DNA from: Seison nebaliae
Lineage: Eukaryota
Assembly (NCBI GenBank): GCA_023231475.1
Contig: JALJEE010003244.1
Location: 1 to 64,000, forward strand
DNA: 64,000 bases
Reading direction: 5' to 3'
Shown: piece after piece, positions 48,414-62,800 of the stretch
Position numbering within the stretch: the first letter of the stretch is position 1
How the letters are laid out: every line of letters starts with the position of its first letter
Program-made: the position numbers and the translations under genes
Notes under the pieces: generated by a model
The model's database searches: none
What the model saw: only the letters and a program-made list of their open reading frames with translations
Told to the model about the DNA's origin: nothing

Positions 48414-49861
48414 TCAATCAACATTTGAGCATTGAAAGAATCGTAACAATTCCTTTATCTTCTCCTTGTCATCGTTCAATAACCGTAAACAATAATAACA
48501 AAATCGTTTATCATAATTATCATCATTCTCTTTATTCGTTGTTGTCGTTGTTGTTTGTTGATCAATCGACTTTTCACAATTACCACAACAAAATCGACAA
48601 TTATCATTTCGTTGATGATTCAACGTTTTCTCGACGATTCTCATCGTTGCATTGATGACGGTGGGGAAATTACCATGAGCCAATGACAACATATGACTTG
48701 TTGTGTAACGATGTAATTGGAAATCATCAAATTTCTTTCTACAATTCTTTAAAATTTTATTATTCAATTTCATATGATGCACATAAAGTAGACATTCGCG
48801 TGTAGGAATTTCTCTTAAGGGTCGAACGAAATCGATCGAATAATCATCCAATATCAAAGTGAATCGGATACCTGCATGTTTATGGATATTACTTCCTGCA
48901 CCAATACTCATCGCCGTCATAGTCTTCACCGCCATATCGGTCGATGTACCACTGAGAGCTATACGACACGAATTTCTATTAATCATTTTCTCTCCAAACA
49001 AATTCCTCACCAAATTATTCGACTCTTCAATTTGTGTGGATTGGAGAAATCGGCCGAACTTGACTAATAATCTCAATCTGTTATAAAATAAATTGAATTT
49101 AAATTTCAAATAATTTCAAAAAAGTAAAAAACTTCACAATTTCGAGAGTTTCCTCCTTCCTGGAAAACATTTGGAAGAATTGATCCAATTTTGATTGTGC
49201 TTGTTGAATTGGGGCAAAATAATTTTCCGTTCTCTTCCATTTTTCGATGTCTACGAAAATCTTTTTTCCATATTATCACAGAAGAATTGGAAGAAAAAGA
49301 AACATGTGATAATGGTAGGAAAATTATGTCGTTATGTTCACTCATTTCTGATACGACATTTTCATCTTTATGAGAGAATTGGATGAATTAATTGAAAATG
49401 AAGAATAAACGAAGACGAACGATAAATAAAAAGATAAATGGAATTGAATGATAGACGTTTCTCAAATTTACTCTTTTCATACAATTGAAGAACGTTTTTA
49501 AGTGAGATCGCTTCCTGTGAATTCAACACATCCACTATCAATATCGAATTTCGAGAGATCAATTTATATTTGCCAATTGTCGATCTAATACGATGTTGGA
49601 AACTTTCTAAAAAACACGATCTATCAATCTACAATAACAACAACAACAACTAATTGCGAAACTTGCACATTGCGTCTTTATAGTGGACACGAAGGACAGA
49701 TTGTCGTTTGGAACATTTCATACAAAGTTCTTTCCATTCCTCTTTTTTCCTAAAGAGAAATATGAAATTTTTTATTTTAAAAATTTTAACGATTTTCTTT
49801 TCATTTCTCTCTCATCTTTATAACATTCCCCATCTCCACAAGAGCCGAGGCAATTTGTCAT
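48414..49861 (-). CDS. CTU2: Cytoplasmic tRNA 2-thiolation protein 2 (5 exons)
   Basis: CMKC..DAMCKSCFLESFQHRIRSTIGK, GTSTDMAVKTMTAMSIGAG, FVRPLRE, NFPTVINATMRIVEK, CRFC and FCYYC. Confidence 0.85.
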
Positions 49862-50003
49862 TTAGAGAAGCGGAGAACTTTCTCGAAAAATCTATTTGGA
49901 AAAAACAGATCTGGAAGGAATAGAAATGCAAACGATAACTACGAATAAGGAAATAAATGAAGAGAAGAATATTTATCAAATGTCATAAAAAAGAAAATTC
50001 TTT

Positions 50004-50486
50004 CTAAGTTTCTAATTTTTCTTTTTCACTCATTTCATAATTATATCTGTAAAAAAGAGAATTTAGATAAATTTCAATGAGGAGGAAAATCCACTAACAA
50101 TCCAATACGGCCCAATTGTACGAGACCAGTACATCCGAGAGAGAAGTTTACCAGAAATAAAAACCAATTCTTCGGGATGATAATTAATGAATATCGCGAC
50201 CAGATCGCACCGGTCGCAAATAGAGCAGTCGATTGATAAGTACTCAATTTTTCAGGCGGCCGCGTATAATCGCTTAAACCGGCAATGACCAATCCCTAAA
50301 AGTGGAATGAGTTGTGAAGAGGATAGAGAAAAGCCGAACAGTTTTCATGACGGGAGACCAGAAAAATATGGTTTTTGGACCAGCTGGATGATTCCATTTA
50401 ATACGTTGTTGCAATGATGGTGATAACGTTCGATCACCAACACTAATCAGCCATCGATAAAGTTTGGATGGTAAAGAAACCTTCAT
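50004..50486 (-). CDS. MPC2: Mitochondrial pyruvate carrier 2 (3 exons)
   Basis: WNHPAGPKTIFFWSPVMK, GLVIAGLSD..RPPEKLS..QSTALFATGAIWSRYSLIIIPKNW. Confidence 0.93.
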
Positions 50487-51803
50487 TGAGAAGTGGGAAA
50501 TTGTGGAGCTAAAAATTTAAAATGAAAACTGTTCAGAACGAACCTATTAAGCAAGATATATGTCATTATGATATCATTCGTAATTCTAGTGCAAAATGGT
50601 CAATTATTACGATTAATTATGACAATAACATTTTTGATTTAGTTTTTATTTCTTCATCAATTTTTTTATGAAAAATGACGTTTGCTCATTTATCGATTAT
50701 TTTTAATTTATTTCTCCCATAATTAATACTATGCGATGCAAATCTACTAAACTTATCGCCCGGATCTCCATTGAGATCCCAAACAAACCGAGAAATCAGT
50801 TAAAAAAGTATAGATACGAAAAATGGTTTCTTATGCAACAGAATCTTATCAGAAGTACAACAATACACAGTTGCTACTTTCATTTAGGACACCAAATTAT
50901 CACACAATTACAAAACACCAAGGAAGAGAACAGTATACTAGAATAAGAATTTTAAGGAGAAACTTCAATTACTAACCAATCCCCTTTTTTTTCACTTGAA
51001 GAAATTCCTTCAGTCTTTTTCAAATTAGACGACTAATCCTTCGACCTCGTGAAAGACAATCTACTTACCATATTTTGAAAAAAGTTATCTTGACATTTCT
51101 GGTGTCTTTAAATTCACTTACGGTTTCTAACACAATTTATGAAGGCCAAATTTAGTTATGTTGTACGTAAAAAAACTCTATTATAAAAGTAACTCTAATT
51201 TTTAATGGAAAATAAATTGTAAATTTAAATAGTTCCCTTGTAACAATAGTTAAATTATAGATTATAAGAATTATAGATTGTGGAAGGAAATTAACAAGGG
51301 AGTAGAAGTAAATGATATAAATTGGTAAAAAATAGTTTTGAAAAATGTTTATAGTGAATGGGAAGAAATATGGAGACGTTCTGTAATAGATAAGAATCAG
51401 CAAGAATTTTTTCTTCCGAACATGAGAAGACATTGCTAAAGTTTCGGGAAGAAAGATAATAACTAGAAAAAATTTAAAATTATTAAAGAATTCTCTATTC
51501 ACCATGAGGAAAATAGAAGTAATCTTTCTGATTTTTATTCAACAATTCCGTTAGTTGTTCTTCGTCGATATGTCTCACGTTCTGATTTCTAGTGTTACAT
51601 TCCAATAACGCTTTTCGACAAAGTCCAGTGAAATTTATCTCAACATTTGAATATCCTTTCACGAAAAGTTTCCTTCGAAATTATTCTTTAATTTCTCATA
51701 TTTTAAGAACCGTTTGAATTTATCCCATCTAAACATTCCGAAATGAGTTAGTTGTCTTTCGTCTAGTTGTGTAGTCACTTAAACTCCACATTAAAATTAT
51801 GTG

Positions 51804-54800
51804 ATGACAGGAACGATAACGAGAGAAGAATTGAAAGAGATTTTGATGAAAAAACGAAGAAGTTTCAAGAACTCGCCAATCGAGTTTGTCGATAAAAATA
51901 AATTGAAACGAAGACAAAAAAGGACATCAGATTTTCCTAATCAATTCGAATGGATTTCCAACAAACATAAGAGATCGAACCACTACGAAAATGATTTCCG
52001 TTATTTTCTGAAATTTGCTCCTCGTTTCTCATTTGAACCTTCGATATATAGGTGGAAAATTGAAAGTTCACAAATATGATTTTCAGATGTCAGAAAAGAA
52101 ACCGGATTATCCGTCAAATAAGGAAAAGTTTTCGACATTTGATGAAATTTTTGGCAAGAACTCCTGGATAACGGATTTGGCGATGAAACCGTCATTTACT
52201 TCGGTAGAAATCGGAGCACATCCTCTCAATTTATTTGATGGATTGACAATTCCTAAAATGGGAAATGATCAAGAAATAATGGAGAACTCAAAAGAAAAAA
52301 CGGAAAAAATGAATTTTGTTCAATCGAATTCTCAAATTCAACAAACAAATCAATTGGGAAAAGAATCAATAAAGAAAGAGGAAGATGATGTTGGAACTGA
52401 AAAAGTTTTCCAAATGCAAATGGAAGAGAAAGGTGGAGTTTTGAAGGAAATGAAAGAAAATCAAGATAAAAAAGATGGTGAGAATCGAATTGATGATTTT
52501 GGGAAAATTAATGAAAAGATCGTTGATGTTGAGAAGGATGATTCAACTTATGATAGATTTAAAGGAGATCAGAAAAAGATTACTTCAAATGAAAAAATAG
52601 ATGTTGAGAGTATTAAATATCGGAATAATTGGAATTCTAATTCGAATTTGAAAGACCAAGAAAATTTGTCTGTTGAACTGAATGAGAATAAAGAAATTAT
52701 TAAAAGTAAATCTAACGAAACAAATTATAATAAATTTCTTCAAAACGACAACGACAACAAGAAGAACAGCAACAACAACAATATCGACGAGAAAAGCCAA
52801 TTTAGTGATGGTAAAAGAAATAAATTTAATAAATTCGATGAGAAAATTAACTACAATAAAAACAAGAACAATTTTGTTGAGTATGGAAATAAATTTCATA
52901 AGATGAATAATCTTCATCGTAATTATGAAGGATATAGAGATGATGATTATGATAATTCCAATGATTTTAATGAGTTCGATATTATTAATAATATTAAATT
53001 GGATGAATTACAACAAACTTTGGTAGAAAGAAAATATGGTTCGTTTGGAGAAGTATTATCATTTTATCTTTCAAATTTTTTATGTAATTAGAGTATGAAG
53101 AATGGTTGAGAAGATTGAAGGAATTAGATTCTGATAACAGTTCCATTCGTATTCGATTATTCGTCTTCAATCATTTGCAGAACCAATCGATCAGATTTTA
53201 CTGAAGAAAGTGAATCGACTCAAAATACTCAAACAATGTTTCAACGAACTTTTTCCTTTTCTGTCTATTTCTGTCTTTATATTTCTATTTAGCCATTCGT
53301 GATCGACAAATGAAATTAAATAAAGATCAAAATTTTTATTTCAAAATTAGTTCAATTACTCGATAAATTACTCAGTTAAATTTGTTTATCATTCAGAAAG
53401 TGAAATAGATATGATCAAGAAAGATTTGGAACCGACAAGTTCAACATTAAATTATTTTCCTAAATTAATTATTTTTTTAAATTTAATTAATATAAATAAT
53501 AAAATTTAAATAAATTTCAATTAAATTCTCACCAATCTCTCGATGGGAAGACATGGAAATCGATGACATAAGACGAGAGATCGAACGAGCCACTGGCTAT
53601 TTGGAAGAACGAGAGAAATGTTGGTCATTCTCCTTTCCACTCTCCACATTCCCATTCGAATAGACGAAAATGAAGCAGAAAATACATATCGACGAATTTC
53701 AGCCAATAATAAAAATTTAGGTGATTGTATCATTTTAGATTGATATATATATATATAAATTGTTATTTAGGTAAGAAAATTTATTCGTTGAAGAATCAAT
53801 TGAAAGTGAAGAAGGATGCCATTCGACAACTTCACAAAGGTTCCCTTTTCAGTTAAATTTAAATGAATTTCTATCGAATTAATTTCGAAGAAAGTGCACG
53901 AAAAGAGAAATTATTAGAAAAAGTACAAAATTTAGATGAATATACTCTGAAAGGTTTGTTCTCTCATGCTGAAATTCAGTCAACTATTTCATTTGAAGAT
54001 TATCAAATGTCGAAAGCGGAAAAGAAATTATATTGTTCTCATCATTTCCATTAAAAACTCCATCGAATTCTCTTTGTAAAGTGAACAGTTTGGAGCAGAT
54101 CAATAAATTGATAAAAGAAAAGGAACGAAAAGTGGAAGCGATGAGGAAAGCCGTCGACAAGAACATCACACCAACAACTTTCATGAATAACGAGACGATA
54201 AAGAATTTGGGTATTTTTTTAAAAATTTTATCTAGAGACTTATGAAAATGTTTCGGACAGATTTGGATTTGATGAAAGAAGAAGATACAATTCGTTACAA
54301 GAAAGAAGTTAAAAAGAATTTAGTAACCAGTTTGTCATTCTCTCAACCACACTCGACAACATCTTCTCTTTCTAGTTCTCAATCAACAACTCGCTACCAA
54401 AGGACAACAATCGAAACAATTGGAGTTTCTTCGTTAAATTTAAACGAGATTTTTTTGAACGAAATTTTTTTTTTCACAAAATAATTCTAGAGTCGATTGT
54501 GAGAAAAGAAAGGAATTTCGTCACTACTACTAAAAGCGAATTAACTCAATTAGCGTCTAGTTGAAAATTGCTAAATTTTCTTCAAAATTTGAATTTCCAA
54601 AATTTTTTCCAGAATTGAGAATGGTAAGAAAGAATTTGATTGACAATAAAAAGATTGCATCGATTACAAGTTTTTTTCCTTTCCCACTTTTCTCATGACA
54701 TTGTCTGTAGATGGAAGTCTCACGTACACCAACACCGTCCTCGATAATTTAGTGATGGCGATATTTGAAAAATATAATGGTTTAAATTTCCGTTTTTTTT

Positions 54801-56560
54801 TGGATTCATCAACCGATTTAGAATATAACCGTTTGAATATGACGTTGATGGGAAAGATGAATATATTGAAGAAATTACTTCTGTCAATCACGGCGAATGA
54901 AGCAAAAGTGATCGGTCAACAAAAAGCTCTTGATCGATTATTGATTTGTTGAATTCTTTTAGAATAATATTTTGAAAAAATTTTTTGAAAAAATTTTTTG
55001 TAGATTTAAAGAATGTTTTGTTGATCGGCAAAGTGAAATTGGAACAGATGCCGCGTTAGATTTGAATTAGGAAATGTTGGGGAGTGAGAGAAAGAATTCA
55101 ATATATTTCTCAGTGAAAGGAATAAAGAGTGTGGACGAACTGAAGACGATGAGAGCGATTTTGGAACAAAGTTTCATTCTAATTTCATTCTCAATTCTCC
55201 AATTGAGAACGACATAGATTTGAAGAGTTCCCAATTGAAATTTATTAATGTGGAGAAAGTGGAGAAGGCGAAAAGTTTCCTCATTTCTCATCAATTTCAC
55301 TTTTGAAATTCTTCTAGTTATTCAATTATTGAAGAAGGAGAAATTGCTACATGTTATTTTTAAGTGTTCTCTGAGAAATATCTGAATAAATTCCTGAAGG
55401 ATTCCGTAAATCCGTTAAGTTTAACCGACATGAAATTGAAGAAGATAATTGAAAAAATTGTACCGAAATTTTCTGGAGAGAAACTTGAGAAATTTTTTAA
55501 TAGTTCAATTTTCTATTTATGTGAATAGGTTGGATGGTTTTGCAGGTTACGGTTATAACCGGACGACAACGTTAAAGAGGTTGACGGAATATGTGGACTT
55601 GAGAAGTGAGTGATGATTTATTGAATTTATTCGAATTATGTTCTTAGAAAATTGGGAGAAAGTTTTAAGGAAATTTTCAAAAAAATTCAAAGAATTGCCT
55701 AATATTGGATGCGAACGGATATTGAATGATTATGAATATGGATCGATTAATGAGAAATTTGATGAGAAAACGAATCGCAGTGAATTAATTCAATCCATCA
55801 AATGGACAGATGATGTGAAAGAGTTTGATGGAAATATATCGAGATTATGGTTACATCTCCAATCGCACCATTTCCATAGAACGGGATTAAATTCATTGAA
55901 AGTTCATTTGAAAGAATTTGGAAAAAAGAAGAAATTTGACGAAATGAAAAACATTCACATTTACACAGAAAGTTCTCAGTCAGCTTCTCTCCATTCAAAT
56001 TGTTCCATTGAAATTTAGAAAATGAAAATTTAACTCGAGTCAATTCGCGAAGTTTCCTGCGCGTACCAAATGTGCCACATCCATTCAAATTTCCCACAAT
56101 TTCATTAATTCATAAATTTGAAGAGAATTTTACCGTGCAATTCTTTCCCAATCACACCATCAATTGGTCGTATTCTCAGAAGAAAGGTAAATTGATCATT
56201 CCGTGGAGTGTGCCGTCAAATCAATTGCCGAAAATCAAATTTAAGAAAAATAATTTGAGGAGGAAGAAATTGAAGGAATTGTACGTGAATGATCAGATGA
56301 TGATAATGAAATTTCATTTTAATTACATAAAAAATCGACCGTCATGTAAACGGTGGAAGAATGACATTGGAGCACAAGTACAAGTTAAATTGTACGAAAA
56401 TGGACATATCAAATATTCGCCACACATTCCAGCGATTTGTTTTTTCATCTATAACGCGCCCGTTATCGACAAAGAATACGCAATAAAATTAACTGATCGT
56501 TCTTATCAGTCGTTAATGGATCTGACTCCGTCCCATTTGACATTCTGTCAATCTTATTAA
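51804..56560 (+). CDS. Orphan coiled-coil protein, about 1161 aa, 26 exons
   Basis: 25 GT-AG introns (41-112 nt) join one continuous frame from ATG 51804 to TAA 56560: basic N-terminus, N/K/E-rich region, coiled-coil-like middle and globular C-terminus. Confidence 0.7.
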
Positions 56561-56684
56561 CATACTTCCATCTTATCCGACAATTATCCGATTATCATTC
56601 GAGATGGAAATTTAAAAATAAAATTGATAAATTTCAAAAAAATTTTTTTACAAAATAAAAAGAGTTGGAAAGGAAAAAAATCGT

Positions 56685-58457
56685 TTAATTTGCAATTTTT
56701 GTTTCATTTTCATATAAAACAATCGAAGCGATCGACATGGTACGACTGACGAACTGGAAAGAGTATTTGAAAATGAGGAAGAAAATGAAAGAAACTTCGA
56801 TGATAATTCGATCGATTTCGTTCACAAAATAGACGGAAGGACCGAATGGGTTGCTCGCCATTTCGTTGTCTTCCTCGTCCGACGTGTCCACATTGGGCGA
56901 ACGTTCCATGATCTTATAATCGTCTAATTTGAACGCACAGTTATCGATTTGTCTTAATTTTTGTTCAATTTCTCTCCAGTTACTATCCGGCTCCAACGTA
57001 ATGTATGAGACGTTGTTGGATGGATCGATGGAGGAGATACAATCAAAGTTGAAACGACAAATCTCATATGTGTCGACATCGTAATGTGCCGGACAATTGG
57101 TGTGAAAGATGAAACGATGTAATAAATGTGTTCGAGTGTCAAACATCAGATCCTGTCAAAGTGAAAAAAAACTTTGAGTACATGAAAAAAAAAAAAAACT
57201 AGTCCATATTCAAAGTAGTTGTAGAAGTAATATTGAACTTCGTCTTCGTCTGTTTGCATCTGATCGTTCGGTCCTTTCGACGAATAATAGACATTATCGG
57301 GCGAACCGAGAATGGTGAGAACGTGAATAGCTTTATCGCCAAATCGAATAAATCGATCAATAATATTATCATTATTCTTCTCATTCAAATCTAATTAGAA
57401 ATGAAGAAAATTAGAATTTTTTTTTTCAACATAAAATTAATTTGGAAAAATTTCAAATATGAAATTTGATGAAATTCATCGAAAATTCTTAATAAAATTC
57501 ATAAAAATGATAATGAGAAAATTAGTTGGAGAAGATTTTTATAAATAATTTTAAATTGAGGAAATAATTTTGGAGATAATTAACCGAAGAAACTCAGTTT
57601 GATTCCTTTCACATTGAGTGGATTGTTCTCATTGTTCTCATCACGCCATAAAGTGATGAGTTTGAGAATGAGCGGATTTTCGTCATTCTCCAATTTGGAT
57701 GATAATTGAAGTTGATTGAATGAATTGATTAGTTGATTCTTATTAAGATCATCTTTCATCATCTCCACGTTCAATTTGATGGATTTTAATTGATGAGATT
57801 GATCCGTATCGATGGAAGGAGAGAGTGGTTCGAAGAAGAATTGGAGATAACAATTCATTTCATCATTAATCCTCTTCTCGAACTTCAGAACGTAATCACC
57901 ATTTTTATCGATTCCTGAACGGAAAATTTGAAAGGAAACAAAGGAGAAAAAAAAGACTTGGAGGGAACGTCGGTCCGAATTGTTGATAAGCGTTCGATAT
58001 TTTAGTGATACTGTCATCACCATTTTTTATGAAGAAGTTGTTACGATTCAATTGAATGGTATCGAGAAGGAAAACATTATTCAATTCGATCGATTTCAAT
58101 AATTGAGTCGATGAATCGAAAGTGAAATTAATTAGGAAATCTTCGATGAGAATTCGATAATCTTCATCGAATAAATTCTAATAAACTAAATGAATTTGAT
58201 GAGATGGAGAAGAGGAACTGAAGAATTATAGATTAATCGGATTGGTGATGGAAATCGGTAATTGACCAGTTTTAAATTTTTTATGACTTTGAATAAAGTT
58301 TGGCCTAAATCCCGTTGAAAAGTTTAAGGGGAGAAGGAGAATAGTTGAAACCTAATTTGAATTTAGAGTTAGTTGTCTGCAAATCTTGTTTGTCGCTCGA
58401 TAGAGAAACACAGAAAGAATTATCAATATCTACCGATAATTTTTGTTTATCTTCCAT
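56685..58457 (-). CDS. PHAF1: PHAF1/UPF0183 (C16orf70) family protein (8 exons)
   Basis: FKLGQTL, FGPTFP, LGSPDNVYY, YFYNYFEYGL|DLMFD..HRFIFHTNCPAHY and NPFGPS..IIIE..IASIVLY. Confidence 0.85.
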
Positions 58458-59786
58458 CGCCTTTTAATTATCAATTATCAGCTCAAATTTTAGAAGTGGA
58501 AACTCCATCAAACTTCGAATTGGGATGATTAATTAAAATTTTTCTTCGGACAGCTCGGACCTTGAACGAATGAATTTCCTATCAATCAAATTATTCCATC
58601 AAAATGGAACTGGTGATGATGGATGATGATAATACATCGCAAGTACGAACACTTTTTTTATTAATAATAACAATATTAAATTATTTTCCTGTTAAGTATT
58701 AACATGTATAATTATCAACAATGAGCTAACGTGGAAAAGAAAAGTTCTGAATATATCCATGATTTTGATCATGATGAAAATGAGGGAAATAAGAAATAAG
58801 AAAATTGGAAAGAATTATACATTTTCTACAACAATTTCTTTTCAATGATGAATGAAAATAGAATTGGCAATTCAGATATCATTAAAATAATTAGGATAAT
58901 GAATATTAAATGTCTCAAACGAACAGTTTCAATCGTAAATGATCTAATAAGTATCATTGTCCTATTTTAACCATTCATACCTTTAGGTGGAATAGTTGAT
59001 GATAAAAATAGGAAATGTGTTAAAGATGTAAATGTTTTAAGAATTCAGGTGATTCAGAAAGAAAATCGACCGTTGTACGAACACTGGATATTCCACGAAA
59101 TTTAATTAGTTAATGTTTGTCCACTCTCTCCCATATTTCCTTCCATTATTTGTTTTCGAATGAGCATTCTAAAATTGAAATGCATTATCAGATTTATTCA
59201 TTGAAATTTACGTATGATAATACGTATAGTATACGTATGATGGCGTTTCTTCTCGTTACCGGGATTAAAGATCGATTAATAAAAAATGACGAGCATTACA
59301 TGAGATAACAGACCGATCATGCTATCATTTCCTATAAAAAAATATGTTCGAACAATAAAAAAAAGTTCGTCATTAAAATTTCTATGCTAAAAACTGATCG
59401 AGTAGGATTATTATGATTCCACCATAACACCTTTGTCGTTGGGAGAACTTGAAAATTAAAAAATTTATCTGATGTGAGAAAGTTGAAATGAACGATAAGT
59501 GAATGATTAGTTTCTGTCGTCATTCAGTTGAGAAAGTATTATGTAAAGAATCATAAAGGAATGATTTGAAGGAAAATTGAAGGAAAGGATGGTTGGATGG
59601 AATATTGATAGAAGGAAAGAAGACAGAAAAGAAAGCAAAGTATTCTTTTATTGTTTCCTTCTTATTATAATGCAAATGAAGAGAATTGAAACATCTGAAA
59701 AGTGGAAGATAAAAGGGGAACTATTGTAAGAAAAGATGTAGTGAAGTAAAAGAATAAACCTGTTGGGTAGGCGTTTGTTGATCGGG

Positions 59787-59794
59787 TATAAATA
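59787..59794 (+). promoter_or_regulatory. TATA box
   Basis: TATAAATA about 70 nt upstream of the ATG at 59860. Confidence 0.5.
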
Positions 59795-59859
59795 GATCGT
59801 GATATGATTAGGATTTCACAACATTATTTCAACTGGTCGATTTCGAAAAGTTGAAAAAG

Positions 59860-62800
59860 ATGATTATCTCAAAATTACTGCTGCTAATGTGCATTGGCTA
59901 CAGCAGTGCATTCCTGTTTGTGCAACAATATAAGAAATGTTATTTGTACGGAACTAACCGAATCGATACGTTTGATGGAAAACATTATCGTTTTACCGGT
60001 GGTTGTGAATACAAATTGGCTTCTCTGAGATCTGGCGGTGATTGGCAAATCAACGTGGATTTCGTCAATTGCGATCATCTATTTACCTGTTTGAAGGTAC
60101 TGAAAATGACGTTGGGTAACGTGGAAGTGGAAGCGGTTCGATCTGACGTTAAAGTGAACGGTCGTGCCGTTCGCACTTATAATAGTGGTGGAGTGAAGTT
60201 GACCACGAATATATTTGGAGTTCGTGTCCTCACATACCGCGACGTCAAAGTCGAATGGTCGTTAAGTCGATGGATAGTGAAGGTTTTTGTGAAGACGTCA
60301 TTGAAGAATAAAGTGGAAGGTCTTTGTGGAGACTACGACGGAAATAAGTGGAATGATGCAGATCAAGGTGCCCAAGGTGTCGCTTCGACCAGTATCTTCA
60401 ACTTCGCACGTTCATGGAAATTGAAGCAGAATTGTGAAGAGAAATATGTGCCCCAAGAATGCACGGATGCGGCGGCGAAGGCTTTCGCTGAAAACAAATG
60501 TGAATGGATGAAAGGTGGACCAAGTTCGCCATTTCTCCCTTGTATACAACAAATGCCCTCGTCCGATGTTACCAATTTCTTGGAGTCTTGTGTCGATGTC
60601 ATATGTGATAGTAAGACACAAAGTGACGCAACTGCTGAAGGTATTACTGATATTGTGTGTGATGAATTCGAAAAATTGGGATCTCTTTGTGCCACAACAT
60701 TCAAGGCCGTTTCCTGGAGAAGTGGCACATTCTGCCCAAAAGATTGTCCCAAGAACATGAAATTCGATGATTGTGCTACGACATGTTTCGATACATGTCA
60801 ACAAACTACATTACAAGCAGTGACACATATTGACGACTGTCATTCGGATTGTTCCTCTGGTTGCTTCTGCCCAAAAGGTTATTTCGTCGATACCAGCAAA
60901 GACAATGCTTGTGTTGCAAAGGACGAATGTTCCTGCATGCACTCCGGTAAATCGTATGAGAAGGATGAAGAGATTCAAGTACTTTGCAATACTTGTAAAT
61001 GTAAAGGTGGCAATTGGGATTGTACCGATCTGACATGTGAACCCACTTGCACTTTGACCGGTTTCGGTAATATTCGAACATTCGATTTTACCTCGTACAA
61101 AGTAGTCTCAAATGGTGAGTGTGAAAAAGTTCTGGTAAAAGGAAAGGATGGAGTTGAAGATGTTCCTTATATTACCACCAAATTGAATTCGGCCAGTCCG
61201 ATAAGAAACTTTAAGATAATGTTCCGAGGGAAAACGTTGACGGTGGAACATAATCAGATATCGTTGGATACCCAATTCGTCAGAGAATTACCATATAAAG
61301 ACGATGCATTTACTATTCGTCAAATCACGAGCTTCTTCAAATCGGTGGAGTTTGAAGGTGCTCGTATTCTGTGGGATAAATATCGGCTCTATATCAAAAT
61401 GAACATAATTTACAAAGACAAATTGTTGGGTCTGTGTGGAACTTTCAATTTGAAATCGAACGACGATTTTTTCTCTCCTTTAGGTGTCATCGAGACTAGT
61501 TCAGTGGATTTTATTAATACTCTATCCGTCGAACAATGTCCATCGGCTAAGAATGTTGATCCTTGTACGTCGTCACCCATTCTCGGCCTTAAGGCGTCGC
61601 TGATTTGTGGCCGATTGAAAACGAAATTAATTTGGAAGAAGTGCAATGAATTTTTAGATCCGGCTGAATATATTAAGGGTTGTATGAGTGACTATTGTCA
61701 AGCGTCGACTGAAGACCAACGTGATGATTTAGTTTGCTCCACATTCTCGTCATATGCGAAAGAATGTGGAAGTATCGACCAGATAGTGGACTGGTTGGCA
61801 GATGCAGATAATCAGGAGAAGTGTAGAAATTTGAATTATCGAGGTCGATGTGAAAGTGTGGGCAAAGAGTATCAACAATGTGCGAAAGTGTGCACAAACT
61901 CTTGTCACGGTAACGCATTGGAAGGTGCGAGTTGTTGGACAGACGCTTGTATTCACGGATGTACATGTCCGGAAGGAATGTTCGTTGATGAGCACAATTC
62001 TGACGGTTCTCAATGTGTACCGGAAAGTGAATGTAGTTGTTACGATAATGCGGCAAAGAAATATATCCCAGCGAATAGTGTGAAAAAGTTGCCTTGTTCC
62101 GAATGTAAATGTACGTCGGGACGTTTATTATGTTCAGAGGAAGATTGTAGTCAAGTCGTTTGTGAAGCTAATCAAATATTCCAAGAGAATGCCATCGCTT
62201 GTCCACAAGCGTGTGAGAACAAGTTCACATGGAAGGATTGTGGAGATCGTGCAAAGATGTGCGCTTGCCCACCCGGTCAAATATTGGGGGCCGATTTTAA
62301 AACTTGTGTCAATACAGAGGATTGCCCTTGTCATTATGCCGGAGACAGTTACGAAAATGGAGGTAAAATTAAAATCAGATGTAACGAATGTCATTGTCGC
62401 AGCGGGAAATGGGAATGCTCCACCAAAAAATGCGAATCGACCTGCTCGGCCACTGGTGATCCCCATTACCAGACATTCGACGGAAAACGGTTCTCTTTCC
62501 AAGGATCATGTTCATACATTTTCGCTTCAGTACCGTCCTCCCAAGCTGACATGCCATTATTCCAAATAGTCTTGACAAACGTTGCGTGCGGTTCTCAAGG
62601 TGTCACATGTACGAAAGATGTGAAATTGACGTACAAGGATGTCATCATCAAATTATCTCGAGGGAAACATGTAGAGTTTTCCTCAGGAAGTGCTGGAGAA
62701 ATGAAACAGTTGAAGAATCTGGTGAAAAATGAACTTGTACCTGGTGTTACTATTTACACTGCCGGTTTATTTGTGGTAGTTCGAACTGCTGATTTCAAAT

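Noticed and set aside
50731..51505. Short ORFs between MPC2 and the orphan gene as a mobile element or NUMT
   Set aside because: Frames are stop-ridden and I recognise no transposase, reverse transcriptase or mitochondrial motif.
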